Source of the DNA: Octopus vulgaris
Taxonomy: Eukaryota
Assembly (NCBI GenBank): GCA_951406725.2
Contig: OX597832.1
Location: 52,824,001-52,888,000 of the forward strand
DNA: 64,000 bases
Direction of reading: 5' to 3'
Below, piece after piece: positions 25,515-39,845 of this stretch. Positions within the stretch are counted from its first letter, which is position 1; every line of letters starts with the position of its first letter. The position numbers and the translations under genes were made by a program. The notes below the pieces were generated by a model that saw only the letters and a program-made list of their open reading frames with translations, had not been told where the DNA came from and ran no database searches.

Positions 25515-26911
25515 GGTATCAGCTGTAATAGATTTTTATATACCTGGAGCTGCCTGGCTGCGAAGAGAGAAGTCGAAAGCACGTTGGCCTTCCACACAAA
25601 ACACTATGCCACACTAATTCTCCTCCTCCTCCTCCTCCTCCTTCTTCCCTACATGCCACTCTAAATCTCTTCCTCTTTCTTCTCCCCACTTATGCCTGAC
25701 TAAGTCTTCTCTTCTTCCTTCATGTCACATGACTACTGCTGCCGTCACCACCACATTCATCATCACCACCACCATCATCATCACCAGTGGCAGTATCTTC
25801 TCTGTTTTTCTCCATCGTTTAATAATGTTTCATATTTCCCATGCATTATCTCCAACATTTTGTGTCCCCTAATTACATAACAATCATCTTACATAATATA
25901 TTCTCACAATGTATAATCTGTTAATGCGTTTTACTTGTTTGACTGGTCAAACGACATACCATCTCTACATGGTCAGTCAAATCTCAAATAATACATCGCA
26001 GTCTTAAAAAAAGAAACAAACAATAAGTTGGATAATGCAGTACTAGATAAAAAAATAAAAAGACGAGATGGTCATGCTTGGAATGTCTTTGGTCATGTGT
26101 CTGCTTAGTCCGCTTGTCTAGGACTCAACAGCAACAACTATACTCTCACAGTAGCAGCGAGAGAAAGTTTGGGCGTCCCTATACAATAGAGTCGGAAATT
26201 ATCTGAAGCAGAAAAAATATCAATTTCTTCAATGTTTTAAGGATTGTAGATTACGATTCTGCAAAATAAATAAATAAAATAAAAGTTTGGTGGGGAAGAT
26301 ATTTTTCAGTTTTGGCATTTTCAATTTTTTTTTTTTTTTCACTTGTTTCAGTTATTGAACTGGTACCATGCAGGTGCACTGACTTGAAGGGTTTTATTCG
26401 AACAAATCAACGCCAGTACTTATTTGTTTAAAGTCTGATAATTATTCTATCGGACTCTTTTTGTTGAACTGCTAAGTTACGTGGCAAAAACAAACCAATA
26501 CCAGTTGCCAGGGTAGACACACGTGTGTGTGTATGACGGTTTTTTTTTTTTTTTAGTTTCCGTCTACCAAATACACTCACAAGGCTTTGTTCGAACCGGG
26601 TCTATAGTAGAAGACACTTGCCGAAGGTTGGAAATCAATGATAAAGGGACTAAATCATAAAATGTGGTTGATCTATTTTACTTCAATGTTTTTTACCCCC
26701 TTTTAATTATTAAAATAAACTTTTTCATGGTAAGAGATTGGAAGAAGAAAAACAACAAATTTGGTCTTCAACACGAGTACACACACACATAGCTATACAT
26801 ACCTATACATACCATATGCAGGTAGACATGAACACAGTGACAGATAACGCCTGTCACTTTCAGTTTGCAGTTTGTTGCCCTTGAACTGCCAAAAAATAAT
26901 AATAATAATAT

Positions 26912-27463
26912 TGCCCTGGTGCAGTACTAGGCAGTGGCTCCCATGGCTTTTGATCTTAACTGATTGGAAGGGTTATCATGTACATGTTTTGTCTTAGTAT
27001 AAAAGAAGGGCTACAGCATATATTCTGCTCAATACCACAGATTTACTTGTCAGTTGCCTGACCTTAACCAGTTGAGCATGGCCCTTAGTGACTGACGATA
27101 TGTGCATCTCTGATCACGAGCTGAAGTAGTGGGGAGCATCATAGCCATGTGTTGAGAAGAATTCTTTGGGGTTTGGATAATTCATCATTGGAAACATGGG
27201 TGTTTCTTTCAACATCCTTAAACAAGCCTGATTCAGATCTTTTGAGTGGGATGGGCTACTCGACCTGAAGAAAATTCTAACTGGGCCCCACCTGCAAGGT
27301 CATGTGCTGTTTATCTTGATATGAGATCACCATGTCGTGCACATACGGTTGTGAAGCATGTGCCTAGTGCACCCTTATCAGACGGGTAGTGATGATAGGT
27401 ATAGTGGGCTTCGCATATTTGTACCCCAGTGTCACTTTGATGGTATGCACTGCTCTCTCACTC
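26912..27463 (-). mobile_element. ~550-bp non-coding element flanked on both sides by (AAT)n; truncated second copy at ~52500-52698
   Basis: aataataata-ttgccctggtgcagtactaggcagtggctcccatggc...ctctctcactc-aataataat; the two copies are collinear over ~200 bp. Confidence 0.65.
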
Positions 27464-28679
27464 AATAATAATAATCCTTTCTACAAAAAGCAGAGGGCTT
27501 GAAATTTGGGGAAAGGGGACTGGTTGATTATATTGATCCTCAGTATTTCTCTGGTACTTATTTTATCAACCCCAAAAGGATGAAAGGTAAAGTTGACCTT
27601 GGTGGAATTTGAACTCAGAACGTAGCAATAGGTAAAATACCACTAAACATTTCATCCAGCGTGCTAATGATTCTGCCGGCTCACCACTGCTGAGACTCCC
27701 TTCGGTCATGACTGACCATGGGATTACACCTAGAAAGTTACCCTCCCAGGAACAAGTCCGGGCAAGGTTGTTTATGGAAGACCAGCAGTCACTCATGAAT
27801 ACCAGCCTCCCCTCTCCAGGCCACCAGTGTTATCCAATGGATAACGTCGCAACTCATTTCTACAGCTGAGTGAACTGGAGCAACGTAAAATAAAGTGTCT
27901 TGCTCAAGACCACAACACGCAGCCTGGTCCGAGATTCAAACTCACAACCTCATGATTGTAAGCTCGACGCTCTAACCACTGAGCCATGCGCCTACTACTA
28001 CTACTAATAATAATATGTACAGAGATGAAGGCAGTGAACTAACAGAACTGTTAGCACACTGGGCAAAATCTTAGTGGTGTTTTTTCCATCTTTATGTTCT
28101 GAGTTCAAATTTTGCCTAAGTCAACTTTGCCTTTCATTCTTTCGGAGTCAATAAAATAAGTACCAGTTGAGCACTGGGGTCAATTAATCAATTTACCCCC
28201 TACTCCAAAATTGCTGGCCATGGGCCAAATTTTGAAACCAATATGTACAGAGATGAAAATGTTGGGGGAAAAAAATCTTGTCCAAGATACCACGGAACAA
28301 GATTGAACCCAAGACCTCATGATTATGAGGTAAATTTCATTACTCAGTCATAGTCACACCAACAAGCAAAAACATCTTGTCATAATGTCTACCAGAAATA
28401 TTGTGTGAATTGTGTTAACTTTATTTTCAATCTTACAAAGTGTTTCCTCGTCTCAAAAATGACACTCCTAGATTCCCAAATGCCTTGTCTTTTTTAATGA
28501 TTTGACAAAAATAGGAAAAAATCTAACACAGACATGGAATCATGATAATGATTCTACTAATATATATATATTGATATACATTGTTATATTCATTTGTGTT
28601 TTATTCCCGTTTTTTTTTTCTTTTCTTTTTTCACTCCACCACATCTTTATGACCCAGTCATTACACCTGTTTTAACATA

Positions 28680-29189
28680 TCTATATATATAAAACTCTAG
28701 TTGTGTGAGTGTCTGTCCCCTTCGATTTAGATTCCTAACTCCTCCCACATTTTGCGGTGCAGTTTAACCAAATTCGGGTATCTTATAGTCGTGATTAATA
28801 TCGAGCCCGTCTGGCTATTAGCGCGCGTCTACGATGAGTCTACGATTTTAAAAATAATTTAACATCATTTTTTATTCCATTTCAATGCATAATTTTTCGT
28901 GTGTCGATGGTGGCGGAGTTGGCGTCCACGCTCACAGCTGCACCTGTTTGCTTCTCCCCCTTCCCTCCCTCGTGAAGCTGTGGGGAAGGGAGTGTAAGGA
29001 AATCAATGTCGTAATGCGTTGTCAAGGAGACCAGCGTTCTTTTAGAACAACGACTTCATGGCTTGAAGACACCAAAACAGAAATGGCTAAGAAAGCCCGA
29101 ATTGGCATCTATAAAGGAAGTAACTCTCTAAAAATGCTTATATAGTTATTTCCCTTACAAACCCGAGCAACGCCGAGCGATACTGCTAG
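28680..29189 (+). mobile_element. Non-autonomous Helitron
   Basis: Begins a|TCtatatatataaaa, ends with a GC-rich subterminal motif cccgagcaacgccgagcg and CTAG|t; inserted between A and T with no TSD. Confidence 0.85.
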
Positions 29190-30236
29190 TTCACTATAAT
29201 ATTTTGATACAGAATGGTACTACTAATGTGCTTGAAAGTTTATAACTCCCTAAAACTTCTTTTTAGCTTTATAGAATGAGAATGTAAAAAGTTAATAAAG
29301 CATGTATAAAATTATAAATGATAAATAAATATAAGTGCTTATGTGTATTAAATGTCCAGCATGATTCTGTCATGAAACAACTGACAATATCAGATAAAAC
29401 CCTTGTCCAGTGGGTTTGTGATGATCATGTGTCCAAGTGTTATATTCTAAACTATATAAATGTTATGTTTACATTATCATAAGAGACAGTGTTGGTTAAA
29501 ACTCTAGTCCTGTTCTAGAGTAGAATATAAAAATAAAACATAACGCTATTGATAAACCAGTAATTTAATATTCCAACTAGCAGCCAAGAAAGTGTTAACT
29601 ATACAATATCAGTGAATTTCTAAGCAATGAGTTTTGTGGATAGTTATGGAAAGTGCTCAGTTGCTAACAAAAACTCCAAACAAAGTGGATATATATCAAC
29701 ATACAGCTCTTCCTTCTTTTTTGGTCTAAAAACGCATTGTAAATATAGATGTAATGTTTACATTTGTCAGAATATACAGTGTTGGCAAAAATCTATAGAT
29801 ATGTTCTGTAGAAGATTATAGCATCAAAACAATTCAGTAGTTTCATCTTAATTATGGCATGGAAGTGAAGACATATTTAGAACCTTTAACAAACAAATTC
29901 AAGTTGGGTCCTACTTTATAGTAGGACCCCAACTTTATAGCAAAATAAGTTGAAGTTAAAATTGAAAGAAACAAAACTGAAAAATAAGAAGTAATGAGAA
30001 TAAAATTGAAGAAAATAAAAGCAATAGAAAGGGAAAAAAAATTGTTCATGAAACTGGAAAAAATATATAATTCAATTGAAAATTTAAATTTCATTTATGC
30101 AACAAATTAAATTTGCAAACATATATGGTCACTTGCTGAGCTTTATCCTTTGCATTTGTTCATGGATAGGTGGAAACAAGATATCGTTTTGTCCCCACTC
30201 AACCTATTGCTAGGAATACTTCTATCAAGTGTTGTA

Positions 30237-30471
30237 GGATCTTTTCCTTTAGATAGACAGATGCAGCAAATGATTTGAGCTCAAATACTGGCGATTCATT
30301 GGTTAAAATTCGAAGAATTAAACTATGTTAAACTTACAAATTACAAATTTATCAAAAAAGTCAAGTGAAAATAATGTTTTTTTTTGACACATTCTACCAG
30401 TATACGAAGTTTCAAATTGTTTAGTTAACTAGAAATTGGGTTGAATTCTGTCTATCTAAAGGAAAAGATCC
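30237..30471. mobile_element. MITE with 25-bp perfect TIRs and 9-bp TSD (Mutator- or Merlin-like)
   Basis: agtgttgta-ggatcttttcctttagatagacaga...tctgtctatctaaaggaaaagatcc-agtgttgta. Confidence 0.9.
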
Positions 30472-31027
30472 AGTGTTGTATTACAGTTGTGTTATGTAAA
30501 ACTCAATCAGATCTCATTTGCAATTATTATAAGCATGACTGCATGAGGACATGGCATCTTTCACAAAGTTTATTCAATCTTTGTTTCCATTTTCTTTCTC
30601 TTTGACATTTATCTCTGTCTTCTCATTACCATTTTTCTAATTACAACTTGTTTTCACTTATTTTTATGAAGAGAGACATGTTGATGCAAACAAGGAAAAT
30701 AGAATTCAAAATATGAATATATGTATATTTTTATTAATATTTGGCAGAAGTAACAAAGTGATTCAAAGTCAGAGAATTTCAAACCTTGAGTCACTCTGTA
30801 GCTGCTGCTAAATATTAACACTTTTGTTACCATATTTAATTGAGATGCTCTGTTTCTTTCAATTAATTTTAAATATAACAAAGAATTTAGTAAAATAACT
30901 TAGTTACCATTAAGCTTGTGTTAAGAACATAAATCGAGTCTAAAGTTTGGTGGAAGATTTTAATTCAGAACTTATGAAAACAAAACATTTGTACTACAGA
31001 GCCGTGTTGGTATCGAAATGGTTAATA

Positions 31028-31390
31028 AAACAAGAGCACAAACCTCTGTCAAGGCAACACCAACGTCCTCTCAATGATTAGCCAGAGATGATTTATAAAA
31101 TGAGAATATCTGAAATAAACTCGACTGCTCTCACAAACGAGAATACTAAAAATGAACCTGACCACTCCCAAAAATTAAGTTAAAAAAAACAGGAAAAATA
31201 ATCCAGAATCCTTGTCCGGTACCTGATCAATCCCAAAATCTAATCAGTTTGTGCCAGTCACGAGGACAAACATCCCTGAAAGTTTCATCCGAATCCATCC
31301 AGCAGTTCTTGAGATATCTTGTCCATAGACAAGTAAACAAACGTGACTGAAAACAATACCACCGCCTTCACTAAAGCAGAAGTAATAAAA
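31028..31390 (-). mobile_element. Helentron-associated (HINE/DINE-like) non-autonomous element
   Basis: Minus strand ttattacttctgctttagtgaaggcggtggtattgttttc...gatatctcaagaactgctggatggattcggatgaaactttcaggg...ccttgacagaggtttgtgctcttgttt; subterminal inverted motifs and T-rich flanks. Confidence 0.5.
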
Positions 31391-32315
31391 GTGTGTATGC
31401 ACACACACACACACACATGTTGTGTATGTGTATAAATACATGCATTATGATTTCACTTATGTATAGTGATACTAACCGGTTGTTAGAGCTCAATATAATC
31501 AGAATTTATAGCAAAGCATCAGATGCACACGGAGTGTAATATCAATTACTGAATAACAAAATGAGTTTCTTTGCAGTTTTATTTACCAATTTCCTTTCTT
31601 TCCAATTTTCATCAATTCTGGTTTCATTTGATCAGTATTGCATTGTTTACTCAAGTCTGCTTGTGTATAGGGTTTAGCTGAATACAAGCATAACTGTGTA
31701 TAGGTTGGGTGGTGTAATAAAACAGGTTTGCACTAACTTCATCAGCACTGTCTATCTCTTTGGAGATATCACCAATTCATTTGTAATCTCTCTCCTAAAT
31801 TCAGTAGCTGTGTAGCTCCTCTACAATAACTTGACTTACCACAACCTCTTTTCTCATACTTTAACCCCCATCTAACATAAGGACCCAGCACCTTCACCCT
31901 CCTTGGGTTTGTAAACTTGTGAGTTACATAGTGACTTAGATAACCCCCTCGGTGGCACTAAAACAGCACCCAGCATAGTCTGTAAAGTGGTTGGCATTTG
32001 GAAGGGCCTCGAGCCATAGCAATCATGCCAAAGCAGACATTGGAGCATGATGCAGCCCCTGGACTCATTGGATCTTTGTGAAACAATCCAACCAATTCCA
32101 ACACAGAATATGAATGTTAAATGACGATGATGATGATGATCTAAGCCCTTTCCCCATCCTCATTTAACCCTTTGGCATTTAATGCAGCCATATCCAACCT
32201 AAATATTCTGTTTTATATTAAAACTGACGATATCCAACTTCTCGCACCTATCCTTCAATGTCATTCTAAAATAAACAGTCACATTATTGAAATCTTGCTT
32301 CACAGTAATTATTCC

Positions 32316-32351
<36 letters not shown>

Positions 32352-33526
32352 AATGGGCTTCTTTCAGATTTTATCTACCAAATCCACTCACAAAGCTTTG
32401 GTTGGCCTGAGGCTTCAGTAGAAGACACTTGCCTAAGATGCCACACAATGGGATTGAACCCTGAACCATGTGGTTGGGAAGCAAGCTTCTTATCACACAG
32501 CCATGCCTGAATTCCCTAGACAACTGACTAACAGTAGTAGTAGTAGTAACAGGAAATGTCTAGCAGTAGTAGTAGTAGTAGTAGTAGCAAGTGCAGTAGC
32601 AACCGGGATTGTCCAGTACAGGAGAATGCAATGAGGAAGTGAGACAGAGAGGAAAAAACAACTTTAAGCAGAAACAATAGAAAGTGTTTAAAGTTAGTTT
32701 CCTAGGAAATTGGCACAAAACACCTTGGAATGCAAACGCATGTGTGTAGGAGTGTGTATGTGTGTGTTTGTTGCTTGTACGGATGTGTGCCTGTGTGCAT
32801 GTGTAAGTCTATGTGTGTGCACGTGAATGTGTGTGCACGTGAATGTGTGTGCACGTGAATGTGTGTGTATTTACAAGTATGATTGTGTGTGTGTGTATGT
32901 ATGTATGTATATATGTATGTATGTGAGTGTATATATATATATATATATATCATCATCATCATCGTTTAACGTCCGTTTTCCGCGCTAGCACGGGTTGGAC
33001 GGTTCGACTGGGGTCTGGGGAGCCAGGGGCTGCCCCAGGCTCCAGTCTGATCATATATATATATATATATATATACATATGTGCTTGCATGCAAATGTGT
33101 GAATGTATATGTGTGTATGTGTGTGTCTAAACATACATATATATTATATCTTTGGTTTCTTTTTTTTTTTTAGACTTGCAAAGCCATTAATTGATATCAA
33201 AAAGTCGAACAGCCCAAAATTTTGATGTAAAAACTTGGATAAAAAATACCCAGTCATCTCACAGATAAATTATAGATAAACCTCACCATGTAAAGAGGCA
33301 CCCACTCAGCACCCTCTGTAAAATGGTTGGCATTATGAAGGGCATCCAGCCATAGAAACCATTATTAAGGCAGTGAGCTGGCAGAATCATTAGCACGTGG
33401 GGCAAAATGCTTAAATTAAGAACCAGTGAAACACTGGGGTCAATGTAACCAACCAGGCCCCTCTCCTATAAAATTTCAGGCTTGTGCCTTTAGTAGAAAG
33501 AATTATTATTATAATTGTTATCATCA

Positions 33527-33562
<36 letters not shown>

Positions 33563-34414
33563 AGGCAGTGAGCTGGCAGAATCATTAGCATGCCGGGCAA
33601 AATGCATACCAGTATTTCATCTGCCATTACATTCTGAGATCAAATTCTACTGAGGTCGACTTTGCCTTTCATCCATTTTTTTCTTTGGGCGGGGGGGAGG
33701 GGTTGATAAATTAAGTACCAGTCAAATAATGGGGTCGATGTGATCAACTTACTCCTTCTCCACAAATTTCAGGCCCTGTGCCTATAGTAGAAAGGATTAT
33801 TATTATCATTATTATTTGACAAAATTTTGCATAAAGGTGGTGCTCCAGCATGGCCACAGTCAAATGACCGAAACAAATAAAAGAATATATTTACAATTCA
33901 AAATGGCTTCCCTTTGCTTTCACTATAGCCTTTACCCTTATGTTTGGACAAGGGGTAAATTATCATGTTTAAAAATGGGCAAATGCATATGTGTAAGTCA
34001 CACCCCGTTTGTACATACAGACACGCATGTATGTAAGCAAGTTTTAGAAGCACATATATATGATTCTGCTTTGTAAATTCCTAGTAAATTATTTTTATCA
34101 ACAACTTAATTGTTATCATTGTCTAAAAGTCCGTTCACTGGCCAAAGTCTACTTTGGCTGATAATCAACATGAACATTAGCTGAGTAATTAAAGAACTGA
34201 TATAATTAGAGCAAGTTTGTTAATGGTACCGCCAATAGATAATGCATTCATTGTTTGCTTTGGCCATGCTGGAGCACTGCCGGCGAATGTGTGTTGTCAC
34301 ATAGCATTAAATTCCTGCGATCTCGTCTCATAGTCAAACAGTTTGTGACACTTCTATTATTTCAATGTATAACTGCAAATATTGTTTGATCAAATATAGT
34401 CCAAAGTTGATATT

Positions 34415-35060
34415 CATGTATGTATGTGCATACGTAGATGCATGTGTGTATGTGTATATGCACATGTGTATGTTAATGTGTACATACATATATGTATATA
34501 TTTGTATAAACATATGCATGTATGGGTGTGTGTATAAATATGCATGCGTGTGTATACATACAAATATGAGTGTGTGTATACAAATATGCATGTGTACATA
34601 CATATGTGTGTGTACATATAAATATGTGTGTGTGTGTGTTTATACACATATATATATATGCATGTGAGTATGTATATACATATATGCATGCATGCATGTG
34701 TGTACATACATATATGCATGTGTGTACATACATATATGCATGTGTGTACATACATATATGCATGTGTACATACATATATACATGCATGTGTGTACATACA
34801 TATATGCATGAGTGTGTGTACACACATATATGCATGTGTGTAGATACATATATGCATGCGTGTGTACAAACATATATGCATGCGTGTGTACAAACATATG
34901 CATGTGCATGTACATACGTGTGTGTGTGTGTGTATATACGTGTGTGTGTGTACATATGTGTGTACATACGTGTGTGTGTGTGTACATACATGTGTGTGTG
35001 TGTGTATGTGTACATACGTGTGTGTGTGTGTGTGTACATACGTGTGTGTGTGCATGTGTG
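34415..35060. repeat. Complex alternating purine-pyrimidine microsatellite (TG/TA/CA with tgca and tgtaca nodes)
   Basis: Read directly from the sequence; it is the source of the many H/T/Y/V/C-rich ORFs in the track. Confidence 0.95.
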
Positions 35061-35524
35061 TAAAAAAACAAGCAGTAAAAAAAAAATGAAAGAAATATGC
35101 CAAATCTTGATAAAAAAAAGAGGAATTTAATATCTAAAATGCTGTCATTTCACACCTTTTTACTGGAATGACAGCATCAAGTTATGGAGTGACATTTACA
35201 TATTCCAGAACTTCAATTTTCCTCTTCCCTAAATCTTTTATTTTCCTGTGAACTTTCGTCTTAGTTTCACTGGCAGATACTTAATAATTTGACGAGTGAC
35301 CTACAACTTCTTCCAGACAATTAGGGATTGGTGGTGTCTCTTCTAAACAACCCTACTCATATGTACAAACAAGTTACAAGGCATTAAAAAGAAATCTTTT
35401 CTGAGGTTTTTGAAATTATGTCTCAATACCTTCTCTTGTTTGTTCTGTTGCTGCTGTTTTTTTTTCTCTTTGGTCAACCTCAAGCAGGTTTTTTAGATTG
35501 CATGAAAGCTTGTTCATAAGCAGT

Positions 35525-36950
35525 CATGTTCATACATACATACATACATACATACATACATACATTATATGCATTACATTGTTTGTGTTACATACATACT
35601 TTACGTACCATACATAACATATATACTTACATACATACATATACACACATATTACATTACATACATTATGCATTACATACATTATGCATTATATTACATG
35701 TTACATACCGTACATTATACATATATACATACATAACACTACATTCATACATACATTACATTCATGCATACATTACATTCATGCATACATTACACTCATG
35801 CATACATTACACTCATACATTACATTCATACATACATACATGACACTCATGCATACATTACATTCATGCATACATGACACTCATGCATACATGACACTCA
35901 TGCATACATTACATTTATGCATACATGACACTCATGCATACATTACATTCATGCATACATGACATTCATGCATACATGACACTCATGCATACATGACACT
36001 CATGCATACATTACATTTATGCATACATGACACTCATGCATACATGACACTCATGCATACATTACATTTATGCATACATGATACTCATGCATACATTACA
36101 TTCATGCATACATTACACTCATGCATACATGACACTCATGCATACATGACACTCATGCATACGTTACATTCATACATACATGACATTCATACATACATGA
36201 CACTCATGCATACATTACATTCATGCATACATTACATTCATGCATACATTACATTCATGCATACATTACATTCATGCATACATTACATTCATGCATACAT
36301 TACATTCATGCATACATTACATTCATGCATACATTACATTCATGCATTCATGACATTCATACATACATAACACTCATGCATACATTACATTCATGCATAC
36401 ATTACATTCATGCATACATTACACTCATGCATACATTACATTCATACATACATGACAATCATGCATACAAGACATTCATGCATACATTCATGCATACATT
36501 ACATTCATGCATACATTACATTCATGCATACATTACATTCATACATACATGACACTCATGCATACATTACACTCATGCATACATTACATTCATGCATACA
36601 TTACATTCATGCATACATGACACTCATGCATACATTACACTCATGCATACACGACACTCATGCATACATTACACTCATGCATACATTACACTCATGCATA
36701 CATTGCACTCATGCATACATGACACTCATGCATACATGACATTCATACATACATAACATTACATTCATGCATACATTACATTAATGCATACATGACACTC
36801 ATGCATACATTACATTCACGCATACATTACATTCACGCATACATTACATTCATACATACATGACACTCATGTATACATAACATTCACGCATATATTACAT
36901 GACACTCATGCATACATTACATTACATACATAGATAACATTCATACATAA
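35525..36950. repeat. 17-bp minisatellite (CATTACATTCATGCATA, variant CATGACACTCATGCATA)
   Basis: Period of 17 nt visible from ~35740 to ~36930; ORFs repeat every 17 aa (3 units). Grades from (CATA)n at the left end. Confidence 0.95.
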
Positions 36951-37677
36951 GGCAGCAAGATGGCAGAATCAGAAGCACATTGGGCAAAATGTGGTATTTC
37001 ACCTGTCTTTCACATTCTAAGTTCAAATTCAGCTGAGGTCAACTGTGCCTTTTGTCCTTTCAGGATCAATAAAATAAGTACCAGTTGAATACTGAGGTTG
37101 ATGAAATTGACTCCCCATCCTGCCCCTAAGTTTGCTGGCTTTGTGCCAAAATTCAAAACCAATATTAATAACAAGAGTACCCATTGTCATGATTATGAGG
37201 TCAATATAGACAACTGAATGCTTTCCCTAAATTCTAACAGTAAATTCCCCTCAATAGACTTTGACCCTTTAGCATTCAGATCTCTCTGTCAAATGTAATG
37301 TTTATTTATTCACGTTGATTTGAATTAGTCAAGCCTTTACTTGTAGCTTTGAGATTTCAATGACGTGGTTGTCTATTTTTAGGGTAATATTGTAGGGTCA
37401 GTGTGAGAAGCTGGATATGGCCAGTTTGAAGATAAAACAGATGGCCTGTTATGGCTGGATGTGGCCAGTTTAAATGCTAAAAGGTTAGTAATCTTAAAAC
37501 AAGGAGTGGAAAACATACCATTTCAAGACCTAAATTTAGATTAATTTCCCTTTCAATAAATACAAAATGGCTACAGGCTCAAATGGTGATAAAATGTTTC
37601 CTTTGATAACATACACACGTTATGAGTCATATCAGACATGACTTAATAGAAACTTTTTTCTCCTTGCTTCAAAATTA

Positions 37678-39845
37678 TACACAATGTGATCAAAAGTATC
37701 TGGATACCCCATGAAATGTGTTTTTTCATAAAGGGTAACACAGTAGATCACAGAGGATGCTGCAGTACTACCGTTTACTGAAAGGCGGCGAGCATGCAGA
37801 ACCGTTAGCATGCCGGGCGAAATGTGTAGCCGTATTTCGTTTGTGCTTACGTTCTGAGTTCAAATTCCGCCGAGGTCGACTTTGCCTTTCATCCTTTCGG
37901 GGTCGATAAATTAAGTACCAGTTACACACTGGGGTCGATATAATCGACTTAATACGTTTGTCTGTCCTTGTTTGTCCCCTCTACGTTTAGCCCCTCGTGG
38001 GTAGTTAAGAAATAAGTACTACCGTTTACCATGCAGAATCAGTCAAAACCGTCCAACCCATGCTAGTATGGAAAACGGCCGTTAAATGATAATGATGATG
38101 ATTATGATGAATATATGGTCAGCGATCTCAGTAGCCAACAGACAGCACTAGGCAGCAGAAGAGGACATTCTACGGAACTAATGAACTTTCAACATGGTCA
38201 GGTGGTTGGGTGCCACTTATCTATAAGCCCGTGTGTGAGATTTCCACTCTCCTGAACATCCCTAAGTCCACTGTTTCCAATGTAATAGTGAAGTGGAAAC
38301 AGGAGGGGATGTGTACAACCCAAAAGTGTTCAGCTTGATCTCCCATGTTAACCCCTAGAGACCTTCGAATGTTGAAGAGGATTGTACAGCATAATTGTCT
38401 ATCATCAATCACCACCGTCACACAGGAATTCCAAACCTCAGCAAGATCTACTCCAAGCACCATAACTGTTCAGCACAAGGCGTTAAAACTTGGTTTCCAT
38501 GGAAGAGCAGTTGCCCATAAGCCAGACATCCTACAGACAAATGCCCAACGCTGCCTCATGTGGTGTAAAGAATGTGAAACCGGACTATAGAACAGTGAAA
38601 AACTGTTGTGACAATCCAATGGTAGGCTGTGGGTGTGGCAAATACCAAGTAAATGATATGCACCAGCCTGTATACTGCCGATTGTGAAATTCGGCAGTTG
38701 TGGGGTCATGGCGTGGTCAGGTTTCTCCCAGAGGGGACTTGGACTCCTTGTTGCTTTATGTGACACTGTCGTGGCACAAGCTTACACTGACATTTTAATC
38801 ACTTTCAGTTTACTAACCATCGCAGACCAGTTTCAGGATGACTATTGTCTTTCAACATAACCAAGCACCCATCCATGCTACACAGGTTGTAGGGGTGTGG
38901 TTTGACAACAACAATGTCCCACTAATGGACTGACCTGTACAGAGTCTTGATTTTAACCCTTTTGTTACTCTTTACTCTTTTACTTGTTTCAGTCATTTGA
39001 CTGAGGCCATGCTGGAGCACCACCTTTAATCGAGCAACTCGACCCCGGGACTTATTCTTTTGTAAGCCCAGTACTTATTCTATCAGTCTCTTTTGCCAAA
39101 CCGCTAAGTAACGGGGACATAAACACACCAGCATCGGTTGTCAAGCAATGCTAGGGGGCAAACACAGATACACAAACACACACACGCATATATATATACA
39201 TATATACGACGGGCTTCTTTCAGTTTCCGCCTACCAAATCCACTCACAAGGCTTTGGTTGGCCCGAGGCTATAGTAGAAGACACTTGCTCAAGGTGCCAT
39301 GCAGTGGGACTGAAACCGGAACCATGTGGTTGGTAAACAAGCTACTTACCACACAGCCACTCCTGTGCCTGTATTTATTTTGAGATGCTCTGTGTTTCTT
39401 TCAATTAATTTTAAATATAACAATGAATTTAGTAAAATCACCTAGTTATCATTCAGCTAGTGTTAGGAACATAAATTGTGACTAAGGTTTGGTGGAAGAT
39501 TTTAATTCAAAATTTATGAAAACAAAACATTTGTACTACAGAGCCAAAGCCGGTTTCAGACGGGTTGGTATCTAAAGGGTTAAATCCCATTGAACATATC
39601 TGGGATGTTTTGGAATGCTGACTTCATGCTAGGCCACACCAACATCAATACCCTTGCTCATTTTGGTGCTTTGTGAAGAATGGACTGCCATTTCCCAAGA
39701 AACCTTCCGCCGCCTATGAGAGAGAGGAGGCTGTTATCAAGGCTAAAGATGGGCCAACACCATATTGACTGCCAGTGTTCCTGATGGAGGGTGACCTAAA
39801 CTTGTATTTCATTATCAAGTGTGTGTCCAGATACTTTTGGTGGTG
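37678..39845 (+). mobile_element. Degenerate near-full-length Tc1 element with nested SINE B (37782-38015), piggyBac MITE (~38953-39583) and SINE A (~38965-39372)
   Basis: TIR cores caaaagtatctgga (37692) and tccagatacttttg (39826). Transposase remnants EISTLLNIPKSTVSNVIVKWK, LTPRDLRMLKRIV, LGFHGRAVAHKP, VMAWSGF, and PVQSLD/PIEHIWDVL split at a TTAA by the MITE. Confidence 0.85.

Noticed and set aside
34334-36739. Long His/Thr/Tyr/Cys/Val-rich ORFs (up to 229 aa)
   Set aside because: Translations of micro- and minisatellites, open in many frames on both strands, with no splice or domain evidence.
35740-36930. Regular short repeats as a possible CRISPR array
   Set aside because: Contiguous 17-bp units without unique spacers, no cas genes, and a eukaryotic intron context.
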